A stretch of DNA of 63,877 nucleotides, the filler included, from Lama guanicoe (lineage: Eukaryota), in NCBI GenBank assembly GCA_013239625.1. It is 203 parts of 203 records of this genome, joined end to end, with 100 filler letters (N's around TTAATTAATTAA, not from the genome) between each part and the next. Parts side by side here need not be neighbours in the genome. Positions count along the whole stretch, not along the records: positions 25,515 to 25,729 come from PNXV01038356.1; positions 25,830 to 26,044 come from PNXV01038357.1; positions 26,145 to 26,359 come from PNXV01038358.1; positions 26,460 to 26,674 come from PNXV01038359.1; positions 26,775 to 26,989 come from PNXV01038360.1; positions 27,090 to 27,304 come from PNXV01038361.1; positions 27,405 to 27,619 come from PNXV01038362.1; positions 27,720 to 27,934 come from PNXV01038363.1; 195 more parts are not named here. The stretch is one strand, 5' to 3'. The notes under the pieces were generated by a model. The model searched no databases. It was not told the DNA's origin and was given only the letters and a program-made list of their open reading frames with translations. Positions 25,515-38,429 of the stretch are shown here, piece after piece. Position 1 is the stretch's first letter. Every line of letters begins with the position of its first letter. The position numbers were made by a program, and so were the translations under genes.

Positions 25515-25729
25515 GACATTCCCGCATCTTCCGATTCCCTTCCTCACACCCCACCTCCTTCACTCTCTCCCAGGACTTCTCGCCATCAGTTAGCTTCTCT
25601 GCCTCCCCTGGTATCCTTCCAACCTCCCTTCCTGACTCCTGTGTCTCCGTCTCCTCTCACTGATGGCTCTTCCATGAGAAGAAATGTCTTTACTTATTGA
25701 TCCCTTTACCAACCACTTCCTCTCTCCTT
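25515..25729 (+). mobile_element. Probable L2 ORF2 fragment
   Basis: Pyrimidine-rich, ccaggactt...ccatcagtt...tctcactgatggctcttcc. Confidence 0.4.
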
Positions 25730-25862
25730 NNNNNNNNNNNNNNNNNNNNNNNNNNNNNNNNNNNNNNNNNNNNTTAATTAATTAANNNNNNNNNNNNNNN
25801 NNNNNNNNNNNNNNNNNNNNNNNNNNNNNTGTGGCCCTACTAGAAGCATGAAATTTCCATCT

Positions 25863-26007
25863 GTATGTGTGTGTATGTGTGTGTGTGTGTATATATATAT
25901 GTATGTGTGTATATATATATATATATGTGTGTGTGTGTATATATATATGTGTGTATATATATATGTGTATATATATATATATGTATGTATATATATATAT
26001 ATATATA
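25863..26007. repeat. Compound (TG)n/(TA)n microsatellite
   Basis: ~145 bp of TG/TA dinucleotides; source of the YIYI/CVCV ORFs. Confidence 0.97.
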
Positions 26008-28361
26008 TCCCAGACATATACCCTCCAAGAAGATACCAGCATAANNNNNNNNNNNNNNNNNNNNNNNNNNNNNNNNNNNNNNNNNNNNTTAATTAATTAA
26101 NNNNNNNNNNNNNNNNNNNNNNNNNNNNNNNNNNNNNNNNNNNNACCCACTGGTGACACTGTTGAGATAATTAGCTTCAACCAGGCCAGGGCTAAAAGCT
26201 GACATTTGCCTTCTAACCAGAAGATCATCCTCAAAGAAAAAGATGACATTTAATCTTCCCAGTGGAGCTGCACTGTGAGATCCGGGACACGGTGTTCTGT
26301 GGGGGAGACTTGGCAGGCAAGAAAGGGACCCGGACAGGGTGAGATGCAAAGCCTTCCGGNNNNNNNNNNNNNNNNNNNNNNNNNNNNNNNNNNNNNNNNN
26401 NNNTTAATTAATTAANNNNNNNNNNNNNNNNNNNNNNNNNNNNNNNNNNNNNNNNNNNNATTGCATATTTTCCTGAAGTATCATACACAAACTTTAAATT
26501 TTAATTTTTTCCTTAATTTTCAAGTGCAAAATTTACACTTGTGCAATTGCGTAAATTATGTTTAATATTATTTTAAAGTAATGCAGCTTTCCATTAGGTT
26601 CAGTGCAGAGAAAAACTGCAGGTCGGATGAAACAGACAAACAGATTCCTTCCACACATTTCAAACGTTTTGGAGNNNNNNNNNNNNNNNNNNNNNNNNNN
26701 NNNNNNNNNNNNNNNNNNTTAATTAATTAANNNNNNNNNNNNNNNNNNNNNNNNNNNNNNNNNNNNNNNNNNNNTTAAAGGCCATTTGTTTACTCCTTCA
26801 TTTTTATTAAAGGATCAGGAGGGTTGGAGCTTTTGCTGATAGCTAGTTCATCTAAGGGAAGGTGAAAGAAGAAACCTACTTTTTTTAATTACCGCTGGGT
26901 GAAAATGGAAAATGCATGAGGGAAACAGTATTTTAGTATATATTGTACTAAAATTAGACATATCAAGTAATCATATTTTCTAATCCCTCNNNNNNNNNNN
27001 NNNNNNNNNNNNNNNNNNNNNNNNNNNNNNNNNTTAATTAATTAANNNNNNNNNNNNNNNNNNNNNNNNNNNNNNNNNNNNNNNNNNNNGTCTGCGTTCA
27101 AAGCCCCAAACCCATGCCCTTTTCACTACATGTGCAGTTTCCCATTTTTGGAGCCAAATACTAAACTTCCCTCAAATTCACAAAATGAATAGGCTTCAAT
27201 GTGTAGGACTGACATAGAAAAACTGAAACGTAAAGTGGTAATTCTTAGAAGAACAACGCTACGTGATACTGCTCTACTGTCCAATGCAGTTTTACTACTC
27301 TCGGNNNNNNNNNNNNNNNNNNNNNNNNNNNNNNNNNNNNNNNNNNNNTTAATTAATTAANNNNNNNNNNNNNNNNNNNNNNNNNNNNNNNNNNNNNNNN
27401 NNNNAGGATAGCGTAATAGAACCATCTCAAGATAACCAAAGCTGCAGAAGCACTGAGCAGAAGCGAGGCACTGAGGAAATAAAAAGTTTATCATATCATT
27501 CATGTTACTTGTTACTTGTAATTTCTCGTAATTAGTAGTCATCAATTACTATCAGACCACTTTAATTTTCAAACTTTCATAATGAACATGAAGTGTATTC
27601 TGATGCAAGAATGTACTCTNNNNNNNNNNNNNNNNNNNNNNNNNNNNNNNNNNNNNNNNNNNNTTAATTAATTAANNNNNNNNNNNNNNNNNNNNNNNNN
27701 NNNNNNNNNNNNNNNNNNNAAAAAACAGGAGGAGTGGGAGCATGCATCTCGCCCAGCTGTGGTCAATGTGGCAGCCAAGCTCTTACCAAGTGTGGGCTCT
27801 TGGCGTTCTGGTCCCTCGCTGCCTGCAGCTTAGCTCGAGCAATCTGAATGGTGTCATTCAAATACTCACTCTTCCTCTCAATGATTTTCAAGTTCTCCTT
27901 CAATGAAACATTGAATTAGTAACAATTACTTATTNNNNNNNNNNNNNNNNNNNNNNNNNNNNNNNNNNNNNNNNNNNNTTAATTAATTAANNNNNNNNNN
28001 NNNNNNNNNNNNNNNNNNNNNNNNNNNNNNNNNNGTTTTCCCTCTTTGGGGAGGGAGAGGGAGCCTCAACAGAGGGCAGTGACCGTGGAGAGAAACCCAA
28101 GAGCTCCTGCCAGCCCCTGGAGGTGCCCGGCCATCTCTGTGCTTCCCGTCCAGTCCCCGACCTCTTGTTGCATAATGTGCTATCTCAGCCCCAGTGGCTC
28201 CCACACTGTATCTTTGTGGGACTGAGTTTATTTATTTATTGTAGATTGTNNNNNNNNNNNNNNNNNNNNNNNNNNNNNNNNNNNNNNNNNNNNTTAATTA
28301 ATTAANNNNNNNNNNNNNNNNNNNNNNNNNNNNNNNNNNNNNNNNNNNNTTTCACATTTGC

Positions 28362-28459
28362 GTATGCCCAGCCCCACTCCTGGAAATTCTGATTCACTGG
28401 GTCTAGGGAGGGTTCTGGGAAACTGCATTAAAAAAAAATCCCATAGATGCTTCTAATGA
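28362..28459. mobile_element. MER5A-like hAT fossil
   Basis: gccccactcctggaaattctgattcactgggtctaggg...ctgcatt...gatgcttctaatg. Confidence 0.7.
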
Positions 28460-28664
28460 GAAATATTAGTTCAAAAAGTATTGTATGATGCAACAAGTCC
28501 TTAAGAAAAGATACGATAGTGTCCTTTTGGTCTCCACTGCTTAGCATGTTGCTTTGGCTCATGGNNNNNNNNNNNNNNNNNNNNNNNNNNNNNNNNNNNN
28601 NNNNNNNNTTAATTAATTAANNNNNNNNNNNNNNNNNNNNNNNNNNNNNNNNNNNNNNNNNNNN

Positions 28665-28879
28665 TTAGACCCGAATGAAAGTCCTAGATGGCATCTTCCA
28701 ATATAAGGCTGTTCCATCAACACTGAAAATCTGTCATTTAGTGTGGACACCAAAATGAATTCTCTTATTGAGATCCTGAGGCTGACTTGCTGCACTTTCT
28801 CCATCAGCCTTTATTGTTTCCCCTTGTACATTTGTGTTATGGAGATTGTGTCTTTCCTTAAACCTCATCAGCCAACCTC
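28665..28879 (-). mobile_element. Tigger1 transposase fossil
   Basis: aaagtcctagatggcatcttccaatataaggctgtt...tgttatggaga...tctttccttaaacctcatcagccaacctc closely follows Tigger1 consensus in antisense. Confidence 0.85.
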
Positions 28880-29609
28880 NNNNNNNNNNNNNNNNNNNNN
28901 NNNNNNNNNNNNNNNNNNNNNNNTTAATTAATTAANNNNNNNNNNNNNNNNNNNNNNNNNNNNNNNNNNNNNNNNNNNNCACTGGCCACAGATAATAACA
29001 GACATGAGGCTCAGAAGTGAGGTCGCTCTGATAAGCCCTACGACACAAACACACAAACAAAACATCTTAGTTTAAGTTAAACGCAAATCTTCCTCAGAGT
29101 AATTTAAAGTACAAAGCGGTTGTACTTCAGACTCCACATAAGACTACTACAAGGCTTTCAAGCTGTCTAGTTGCAGTGCTAAGCAGAAAAGCACNNNNNN
29201 NNNNNNNNNNNNNNNNNNNNNNNNNNNNNNNNNNNNNNTTAATTAATTAANNNNNNNNNNNNNNNNNNNNNNNNNNNNNNNNNNNNNNNNNNNNTTGAGT
29301 TTATGCACACTGCAGTACCTGTCTGTAGTTTAAAGCATCCAGATAGACCGAGTTTTGAGCAAAAACCACTGATTTACAAGGCATGTTGATTCCTAAGGCA
29401 AGTGTCCCCGTAGCTGTCACCACCTGGAAAGAGAATAGAACAATTACTTCATAAAACAGCATTTCAGTGGAGGCCACAGAGTAACTGAAACTCCTGCAAC
29501 TCAGTGAGGNNNNNNNNNNNNNNNNNNNNNNNNNNNNNNNNNNNNNNNNNNNNTTAATTAATTAANNNNNNNNNNNNNNNNNNNNNNNNNNNNNNNNNNN
29601 NNNNNNNNN

Positions 29610-29824
29610 AGCAAGCAGGAGTCGGGAGAGGGTCTGGGGTTGGGGCCGGGAGTCCCACCCACAGAGGCTGTCACCAACCCAGACTTGCCCAGGAAAGGCA
29701 GCAGCGGCGAGGGCTCCCTCCGCGGCTGGGGACAGTACAGCCAACGACTCGGTGCCGCGGGCCGGCCCGAGTATCGTTCCATGCTGGACCCCACCGGCAC
29801 TAGTGGCGACTAACTCGGACCGGG
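29610..29824 (-). promoter_or_regulatory. CpG-island fragment, possible first coding exon
   Basis: CpG-dense; agcATGg at 29782 opening MERYSGRPAAPSRWLYCPQPRREPSPLLPFL, then GG|GCAAGT at 29688. Confidence 0.35.
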
Positions 29825-30239
29825 NNNNNNNNNNNNNNNNNNNNNNNNNNNNNNNNNNNNNNNNNNNNTTAATTAATTAANNNNNNNNNNNNNNNNNNNN
29901 NNNNNNNNNNNNNNNNNNNNNNNNAATGATAGGAAACCGGTTAGGGGCTACCTCATCTTGGGGAACAGTTTTCGTTTGTGGTTTCCAGGGGCATGCGCAG
30001 GGCGTGACCCTTGCAGAAAAGCTGAGTCAGCCTTTTTATGACTAAACGAGTCTTGCCCGCTCAGGGAGTTTTCATGGCTGGTCTGCATTGGTTATTTGAT
30101 TCTAACACTTACTTCGAGGCCTGGGTACTAGATGCTTCTNNNNNNNNNNNNNNNNNNNNNNNNNNNNNNNNNNNNNNNNNNNNTTAATTAATTAANNNNN
30201 NNNNNNNNNNNNNNNNNNNNNNNNNNNNNNNNNNNNNNN

Positions 30240-30353
30240 GTTGTTTATCATTTTATATACAGTAGTTAACATCTGCAAATCTTGAACTTCTAATTTATCT
30301 CTTCCCACCCCTTTTCCCCACTGGTAACCATAAGTTTGTTTTCTATGTCTGTG
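30240..30353 (-). mobile_element. L1 3' UTR (laurasiatherian type)
   Basis: tttatcattttatatacagtagt...ccccactggtaaccataagtttgttttctatgtctgtg. Confidence 0.85.
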
Positions 30354-30989
30354 CTTCTGTTACAATGATTTCATCACCCACAGTTTGAAAAACACTTCTC
30401 TATAGTAACTACATGTAGATTATATCTTATAACCTCAGGACAAATCCACATCTTNNNNNNNNNNNNNNNNNNNNNNNNNNNNNNNNNNNNNNNNNNNNTT
30501 AATTAATTAANNNNNNNNNNNNNNNNNNNNNNNNNNNNNNNNNNNNNNNNNNNNATTTGAAGGAAACTTAGAAATCGTGTAGTCCTCACTTTCTCCTTCT
30601 CACAGAACCCTATACCCTTCACTTGCTTATGTATTCTCCACTTATATAATACTGTCCTATAACTTAATTACCATCCTGCTGCCTCACGAGGCTTCAGATG
30701 CTTTTTGAGGGCTGAGTCAACATCGCATCTGGATCTCCAGGGTCCACCATCATACTTTAATAAAGTAGGNNNNNNNNNNNNNNNNNNNNNNNNNNNNNNN
30801 NNNNNNNNNNNNNTTAATTAATTAANNNNNNNNNNNNNNNNNNNNNNNNNNNNNNNNNNNNNNNNNNNNATGGCATAGATTAAATAGGATACTTTTTCTA
30901 AAAATCTATGATTGGAATCCAGGTCTTCTTGGAAAAAAAAAATGAGATAAAATTTCCCTGAGGAGTGTTTGAATCAGTATCTGTCGAGT

Positions 30990-31084
30990 GAAAACTATAA
31001 AACATTATAGAGATTAATTTTAAAAGCTTAAATAAATGGAGAGATATCCCATGCTCACAGATCAGAAGACCCAATAATGAAGAC
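30990..31084 (+). mobile_element. L1 ORF2 fragment
   Basis: gaaaactataaaacatt...aaataaatggagagatatcccatgctca (NKWRDIPCS). Confidence 0.75.
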
Positions 31085-31499
31085 NNNNNNNNNNNNNNNN
31101 NNNNNNNNNNNNNNNNNNNNNNNNNNNNTTAATTAATTAANNNNNNNNNNNNNNNNNNNNNNNNNNNNNNNNNNNNNNNNNNNNATCCCTGTCATATCCA
31201 GGTAAAATCAAGGCAGTCATGTGGTTAGGAAAGCATGAGATTCATCCTGTCTATTCAGGATCAGCCACAAGGAAAGACATGTCTTTTTAGAAGATTTTGC
31301 TTTGATACAAGATAGTCTTACAGTCAGTAACTCAGTTTAAAGAGGAGTCAGTAATTACAAAGGGAGTATCCCATCTGTCTGTTATTAAAATGTGACAGAN
31401 NNNNNNNNNNNNNNNNNNNNNNNNNNNNNNNNNNNNNNNNNNNTTAATTAATTAANNNNNNNNNNNNNNNNNNNNNNNNNNNNNNNNNNNNNNNNNNNN

Positions 31500-31714
31500 C
31501 ATTTTTAAAAGGGTCCTTTATATAATCTGGATATTAATCTCACACTTAATTTGAAATATTTTCTCTCATTCATTATATTATCTTTTTGCTTTTTGATGCA
31601 TAAATGTTCTTAATTTTGATAAAGCTTAGTATACTTTTTTCTTTTGTTACTTTTGCTTTGATGTCATATTCATAGGTCAATGACAGACTCAGTATCATGG
31701 AGATTTTCTCCATT
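31500..31714 (-). mobile_element. L1 ORF2 fragment
   Basis: ctttatataatctggatattaatc...aaatattttctc...ttttgatgca...tttgctttgatgtcata. Confidence 0.65.
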
Positions 31715-32139
31715 NNNNNNNNNNNNNNNNNNNNNNNNNNNNNNNNNNNNNNNNNNNNTTAATTAATTAANNNNNNNNNNNNNNNNNNNNNNNNNNNNNN
31801 NNNNNNNNNNNNNNTTAAGCAAAAGCACGTGACCTAGAAGATATAAATGAGATGCACTTGTGCTGGACTTGGATTTAGGACAAACATCCAAAGAAAGCAA
31901 AGGCCTTGCATGTAGTTTGCATCCTGGCTTGGCTGGGAAGTTGGAGACAGGGAGAGCAGAGGTGGAAAGCATGGCTGATCTCTGAGGCGTGGGTTGCTGT
32001 GCTGGGGTCCTTGCTTTGGGACAACGTCANNNNNNNNNNNNNNNNNNNNNNNNNNNNNNNNNNNNNNNNNNNNTTAATTAATTAANNNNNNNNNNNNNNN
32101 NNNNNNNNNNNNNNNNNNNNNNNNNNNNNGCCAGTGACT

Positions 32140-32251
32140 GAGCTCTACCCTATACCAGTTAAATCAGAATCTCTGTGGGTGGGGCCTGATAGTATATTTT
32201 TATAATAATTCCTCGGTTGGTTCTAATGTGCACCCAGGTGGAAGACAACTG
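32140..32251. mobile_element. MER5A-like hAT fossil
   Basis: aaatcagaatctctgtgggtggggcc...ttctaatgtgcacccagg...gacaactg. Confidence 0.75.
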
Positions 32252-33237
32252 TTGAGGCCATTAAGAAAAGGATGAACCCACCTAATTCTTATCAACTCAG
32301 CTCAGATTTCTTTTTTGCAAAATTAGGAAAGATGGTATCAAAAGNNNNNNNNNNNNNNNNNNNNNNNNNNNNNNNNNNNNNNNNNNNNTTAATTAATTAA
32401 NNNNNNNNNNNNNNNNNNNNNNNNNNNNNNNNNNNNNNNNNNNNCCTCAGCTGCATCCCCTTCACCAGCTCTCTGGGGATTTCAGCGCATCCGCAGGACA
32501 CCGCCCACTCCCGGTGGAAGTGAGACCGGCGGGGGCAGAGGCCCGCCAGCGAGCCGGCTCACACGCCGTCAGGGCCCCTCCCTCTCTCCATCTATCACCC
32601 GTTTTCCGCAGGGCTGACAGCCCTCTTTCAAATCAGCTCATTTTCTTATTGCCAAAGAGNNNNNNNNNNNNNNNNNNNNNNNNNNNNNNNNNNNNNNNNN
32701 NNNTTAATTAATTAANNNNNNNNNNNNNNNNNNNNNNNNNNNNNNNNNNNNNNNNNNNNTGCTCTTTGATTCCAGTGGAAAACTTGTATATGTGGATGGA
32801 TTTTTTTTTCCCCCTTGGAATTAATTGGGGTATTTGAGAAAGGGATTCAAGCTGACAAGTACACGCTGATGAAAGGCTTCTGCTTTCAGTTATAGAGAGA
32901 GAAACTTGAATCTTCTCTCCTCCTATGGTGCAAACTCACATAAATGGGAACGTTCTTACAGGAACCACAGAAGGNNNNNNNNNNNNNNNNNNNNNNNNNN
33001 NNNNNNNNNNNNNNNNNNTTAATTAATTAANNNNNNNNNNNNNNNNNNNNNNNNNNNNNNNNNNNNNNNNNNNNGGATAAGGACAATATAATTTGTAATA
33101 CAAGAATATGGAAAAATAAAAAGAGGAAAAATTTGTTACTAATTCTATCAGAGACAATCACCATGAACATTTCTGTTTTGGGGGATGTATTTTAAAGACA
33201 CCATGTGGTAAATCAAAACTATCCCCTCTAAATAACC

Positions 33238-33289
33238 AAGTCGTACTGGATAGCACAGGGAACTATATTCAATATCTTGTAATAAACCA
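33238..33289 (+). mobile_element. L1 3' UTR fragment
   Basis: tactggatagcacagggaactatattcaatatcttgtaataa. Confidence 0.8.
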
Positions 33290-34649
33290 NNNNNNNNNNN
33301 NNNNNNNNNNNNNNNNNNNNNNNNNNNNNNNNNTTAATTAATTAANNNNNNNNNNNNNNNNNNNNNNNNNNNNNNNNNNNNNNNNNNNNCCCATGTGTAA
33401 GAGGAAATGGTTGGACTAGAGGATCCCCGAGGTGTCTTCTGGCCCTGCCGTCCTGGAGTCTAAGCGTCCTTTTTCTCACGAGGTAGCTGCTTTTTATGGT
33501 GGGGGGAGGGGGCGGACGAGGGAGATTTGAGGACTTTCAGTTTGGAAGCTGGTCCAAAGTTCCCAGGTTGTGTTTGTTTTTGTGTCGTGTTTGCTTCTTC
33601 CTAANNNNNNNNNNNNNNNNNNNNNNNNNNNNNNNNNNNNNNNNNNNNTTAATTAATTAANNNNNNNNNNNNNNNNNNNNNNNNNNNNNNNNNNNNNNNN
33701 NNNNTGAATCCCCTGGGGCTCCTGGGGAGAGCCGTGCTCCTGATCTGATCACTTGCCCTGAGTCATGACTGATCCCAGAGTCCCCAGATCCAAGGTGCTC
33801 CTGGGTGAGGACCCTGGGTCTCTGCTGTCACAGTTTGAGGCTTTCAATTTTAATTCTTTAAAAACAAGGTGAGGTAGAATAAGGCTACAACAGAGCGATC
33901 TGTATGTATAAATAGGCGTNNNNNNNNNNNNNNNNNNNNNNNNNNNNNNNNNNNNNNNNNNNNTTAATTAATTAANNNNNNNNNNNNNNNNNNNNNNNNN
34001 NNNNNNNNNNNNNNNNNNNGTGACAGCTCTGACCTTGGGACTCCTTTCTGTCTTTTACCCTCTGACTATTACTCACATCTGTCCTCTGTCTGTCTTTGGT
34101 AGAGAGACCCCCCCAGACCTGACCTCTTTAAGCTCAGTTCTTTCCACCAACTATAATTCACATCTCTTTTTATAGGCATCTTAAATTATGGTGTGACAAC
34201 ATTAAATTTTTTTCCTTAAGTCAGCCTCCTTTTTNNNNNNNNNNNNNNNNNNNNNNNNNNNNNNNNNNNNNNNNNNNNTTAATTAATTAANNNNNNNNNN
34301 NNNNNNNNNNNNNNNNNNNNNNNNNNNNNNNNNNAGCAGTTGCGTCTCAGCCTCACCACCTCTCTTAATGTGCCTGCTTTAATGCACCTTTCCGCGGAAG
34401 TTCTGCCTTGCCCGACACACAGCCAGAGGAGTTCCAACATGAATGTGCTCTGCTCTGAGGCCCACACCTGCCCGCACTTGGCCCTGCGTCTCAGGCACCG
34501 TTGCGGGGACTTGCATGATCAGTGAGGGCTGTTATGGTTTCATTTGCTCNNNNNNNNNNNNNNNNNNNNNNNNNNNNNNNNNNNNNNNNNNNNTTAATTA
34601 ATTAANNNNNNNNNNNNNNNNNNNNNNNNNNNNNNNNNNNNNNNNNNNN

Positions 34650-34790
34650 AGGCAGGAAGAAGCAAGGAAAGAGTCTTCCCTAGAGCATTCAGAGGGAATA
34701 TGGACCTGTCAACGACTTGATTTTGGACTTCTAGCCTCTAAGATAAATATCTGTTGTTTTAAGCCAGTTGGTTTGTTGTAATGTTATCCA
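34650..34790 (+). mobile_element. MaLR LTR (MLT1C-like)
   Basis: gaagcaaggaaagagtcttccctagagcattcagaggga...cttgattttggacttctagcctc...ctgttgttttaagcca. Confidence 0.8.
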
Positions 34791-35629
34791 AAAGGAAAAT
34801 GGGGAAAAAAAAAAACAATTCTTGTCTTGACCGAAAGATAAGATTTACAGACCGGAGACAGAAANNNNNNNNNNNNNNNNNNNNNNNNNNNNNNNNNNNN
34901 NNNNNNNNTTAATTAATTAANNNNNNNNNNNNNNNNNNNNNNNNNNNNNNNNNNNNNNNNNNNNACTATGTGTTATCCATGGTGAGGCAAGTACTGGATC
35001 TACTATAATAGGTAGTTATAATAGTGTGATGCATAACAGGGAGAGAACAATGTGTCTGTCTTGGATGGGGTGGAAGCTGAAAATAGAATCTCCTTATTCA
35101 CATTTACAGAACGCAGTGTGCTCAACAAACCTGAAAACATAATGAAGGGACAGGTGGAAAGTAGAGAAAGTATAACAAGNNNNNNNNNNNNNNNNNNNNN
35201 NNNNNNNNNNNNNNNNNNNNNNNTTAATTAATTAANNNNNNNNNNNNNNNNNNNNNNNNNNNNNNNNNNNNNNNNNNNNAGAGTAACACCTCATAAGCAC
35301 GGTTTCTCATTTTCAAATCACTAGGTTCCTCTTTGGGCCAAAAAAGAAATAATAGTTAAGGTAAGGGTCTACCATGATCACCTCTTGTGCCACGACGCCC
35401 CACCATTCCTTCTTGTCCAGTTACTATCCCTAAAGTGACGGATGGCAATGGACATCGGTGGTTTTCGCTTGCCTAGCATTCAATTTCCCTTCAGNNNNNN
35501 NNNNNNNNNNNNNNNNNNNNNNNNNNNNNNNNNNNNNNTTAATTAATTAANNNNNNNNNNNNNNNNNNNNNNNNNNNNNNNNNNNNNNNNNNNNACGCAC
35601 ACAGACAGATAGATATGGATACACACATA

Positions 35630-35809
35630 CCACAGTGTGTTTATCACAATGTATTTATCCATTCTTGTTGATGAATGGTTTTTAGTGTTTGCTTTTACAA
35701 AATGATGTTGCCTGAGGATTCTTCGGTATTCCTGATATGCAGGTGTTTCTCTACAATCTACAGAAGTAGAATTTTTTGGTCAAAACCTATACACATGTTC
35801 AGGTTTATA
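35630..35809 (-). mobile_element. Old L1ME-type fragment
   Basis: atttatccattcttgttgatgaa...tttgcttttacaa...agaagtagaatt...ggtcaaa. Confidence 0.55.
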
Positions 35810-36224
35810 NNNNNNNNNNNNNNNNNNNNNNNNNNNNNNNNNNNNNNNNNNNNTTAATTAATTAANNNNNNNNNNNNNNNNNNNNNNNNNNNNNNNNNNN
35901 NNNNNNNNNAGCATCGAGAGGGTAACACAATCAAAGGCGTCTCCTGGCAGAAGAATGCATGCTTGCAAGTGGAAAGCTGGTCATGAGTTCCAGCAGTGAG
36001 CCCAGGTCTGGGTACCCGCATGTGGTGAAGCAGGGCGCAGAAACAAGTGTCCCATCACAGGTTATATAAGCCACATGTGGGCCAGAAGCCCTCTGCCCTC
36101 AGGAATGAGGTTCCCCCCAAGGTGNNNNNNNNNNNNNNNNNNNNNNNNNNNNNNNNNNNNNNNNNNNNTTAATTAATTAANNNNNNNNNNNNNNNNNNNN
36201 NNNNNNNNNNNNNNNNNNNNNNNN

Positions 36225-36273
36225 ACCTCATGCATGCTAAGCATGCACCCTACCACTGAGCTATACCCTCCCC
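36225..36273 (-). mobile_element. tRNA-Ala-like SINE (Vic-1-like), 5' half
   Basis: acctcatgcatgctaagcatgcaccctaccactgagctataccctcccc. Confidence 0.85.
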
Positions 36274-36539
36274 TCTCTAAGCATCTTCTTGCTAGAAGCA
36301 AACTGTCTGCATCATGATCCCAGCCGAAGACCGCGGGTTCTGGACACGCTGGCACAAACTGGGTCCTATGTTAGTTCTGAGCACATTAATGAACATGTAT
36401 ATGTGACACTTCTAATTCCCAGAGCTGGGCACCAAAGCANNNNNNNNNNNNNNNNNNNNNNNNNNNNNNNNNNNNNNNNNNNNTTAATTAATTAANNNNN
36501 NNNNNNNNNNNNNNNNNNNNNNNNNNNNNNNNNNNNNNN

Positions 36540-36659
36540 TGGATGGTGGTGATGGTTGCACAACAGTGTGAATGTACTTAATGCCACTAAACTGAATACT
36601 TACAAATGGTTAATGGTAAATTTTATGGTATGTATATTTTATCACAATTTAAAAAAAAA
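36540..36659 (+). mobile_element. L1MB/MC-type 3' end with A-tail
   Basis: gtggtgatggttgcacaacagtgtgaatgtacttaatgccact...tatattttatcacaatttaaaaaaaa. Confidence 0.85.
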
Positions 36660-36854
36660 GCAAAGGTGGGGTTAAAAGATTGAGAACTGTTGCCATAGAA
36701 AAAGCTTTATAATGTGAGGGATCAAAACAAATGGTTGGAAAGGATTTTTTTTTTNNNNNNNNNNNNNNNNNNNNNNNNNNNNNNNNNNNNNNNNNNNNTT
36801 AATTAATTAANNNNNNNNNNNNNNNNNNNNNNNNNNNNNNNNNNNNNNNNNNNN

Positions 36855-37069
36855 ATTTCTTTTCATATTCCTTTCCTTTATAGGTTACTACAAGATACTG
36901 AGTATGGTTTCCCGAGCTATACAGTAGGACCTCGTTCCTTATCTATTTTATGTATGTTATTTTAGTATCTGTACTAGTAGTATTAATATTAGTATTTAGT
37001 ACTTAGACTCCCAATTTAGTCCTTCCCACCCCCTTGACCTTCTGGTAACCATATGGTGGTTTTTGATGT
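36855..37069 (-). mobile_element. L1 3' UTR
   Basis: ttataggttactacaagatactgagtatggtttcccgagctatacagtaggacc...tggtaaccat. Confidence 0.8.
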
Positions 37070-37799
37070 NNNNNNNNNNNNNNNNNNNNNNNNNNNNNNN
37101 NNNNNNNNNNNNNTTAATTAATTAANNNNNNNNNNNNNNNNNNNNNNNNNNNNNNNNNNNNNNNNNNNNTTGTGAACCCTCCTTCCTCTTCTAGTGACTG
37201 GCTGAGCCTCTGTGACAGCACTTTCTCAGCAGAAAGATTTCCTGGCCTGATGTGGGTCGGTTCATATTTGAAACGAATGAAATAGTGACTGTTTCCTTCT
37301 TCGTTAAAACTACTTTAGTGCCGGTAAAGCACTACTCTCCGTAAAATCCGCCTGAATGTCAGAGCATGAATTTCTGCTTCCGCANNNNNNNNNNNNNNNN
37401 NNNNNNNNNNNNNNNNNNNNNNNNNNNNTTAATTAATTAANNNNNNNNNNNNNNNNNNNNNNNNNNNNNNNNNNNNNNNNNNNNACAGGGTCGCAGCGTG
37501 GTGGGTGATGACAGATGCTCTGAGCGCGCCCTCCGAAGCGAGGCTGGGATCCATCTCAGCGGGCGCCCAGTCCTTTACACTGAGCTAAATTCTACTCTTG
37601 GGAGGACCGTGTTGGTATTCCCTGCAGTTTAAGAATCACTTTTGAATCTCCGTGGGAAGTCTGTGCTCACAGACCACTGAATGTCTGAATCATTGGGACN
37701 NNNNNNNNNNNNNNNNNNNNNNNNNNNNNNNNNNNNNNNNNNNTTAATTAATTAANNNNNNNNNNNNNNNNNNNNNNNNNNNNNNNNNNNNNNNNNNNN

Positions 37800-38014
37800 A
37801 AAAAAAACCACTCACTGGTAAGGCAAATATATAGCAAAGGCAGTGATCATCACGTTCAGCATGAAGACTAAAAGACAAAAGCAATAAAATCACTGATGCC
37901 TACAATAAGTAGCTAAGGGATGCACAAAATAAAAGATGTAAAATATAACATCAAGAATATAAGATCTGGGGAAGGAGGTAAAAATGTAGTATTTTTAGAA
38001 GGTATTTGACTTAA
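37800..38014 (+). mobile_element. L1 inter-ORF region fragment
   Basis: ctcactggtaaggcaaatatatagcaaaggcag...aaagacaaaag...aaagatgtaaaatataacatcaa. Confidence 0.65.
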
Positions 38015-38429
38015 NNNNNNNNNNNNNNNNNNNNNNNNNNNNNNNNNNNNNNNNNNNNTTAATTAATTAANNNNNNNNNNNNNNNNNNNNNNNNNNNNNN
38101 NNNNNNNNNNNNNNCCCGGCCTGCAGGGCCCCTGGGGAAGGCCCGGGGAGCCACAGCCCTGGAGCTCTGCCTCCCCCAGTCCCTATAAATAGCCCAGGGA
38201 GGGGGAGGGGAGGCGGGCCAGGCAGGGCTGGAGGGGGCAGGCCTTGGATGGGAAGTTGTGGAGCAGCGGGGGAGAAGGGAGGATGAGTCCAGAGTTTGAG
38301 GCCCAGTTCTGCCCCTGATGATGACTGCTNNNNNNNNNNNNNNNNNNNNNNNNNNNNNNNNNNNNNNNNNNNNTTAATTAATTAANNNNNNNNNNNNNNN
38401 NNNNNNNNNNNNNNNNNNNNNNNNNNNNN

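Noticed and set aside
25778..26100. YIYI/CVCV-rich proteins
   Set aside because: Translations of a TA/TG microsatellite
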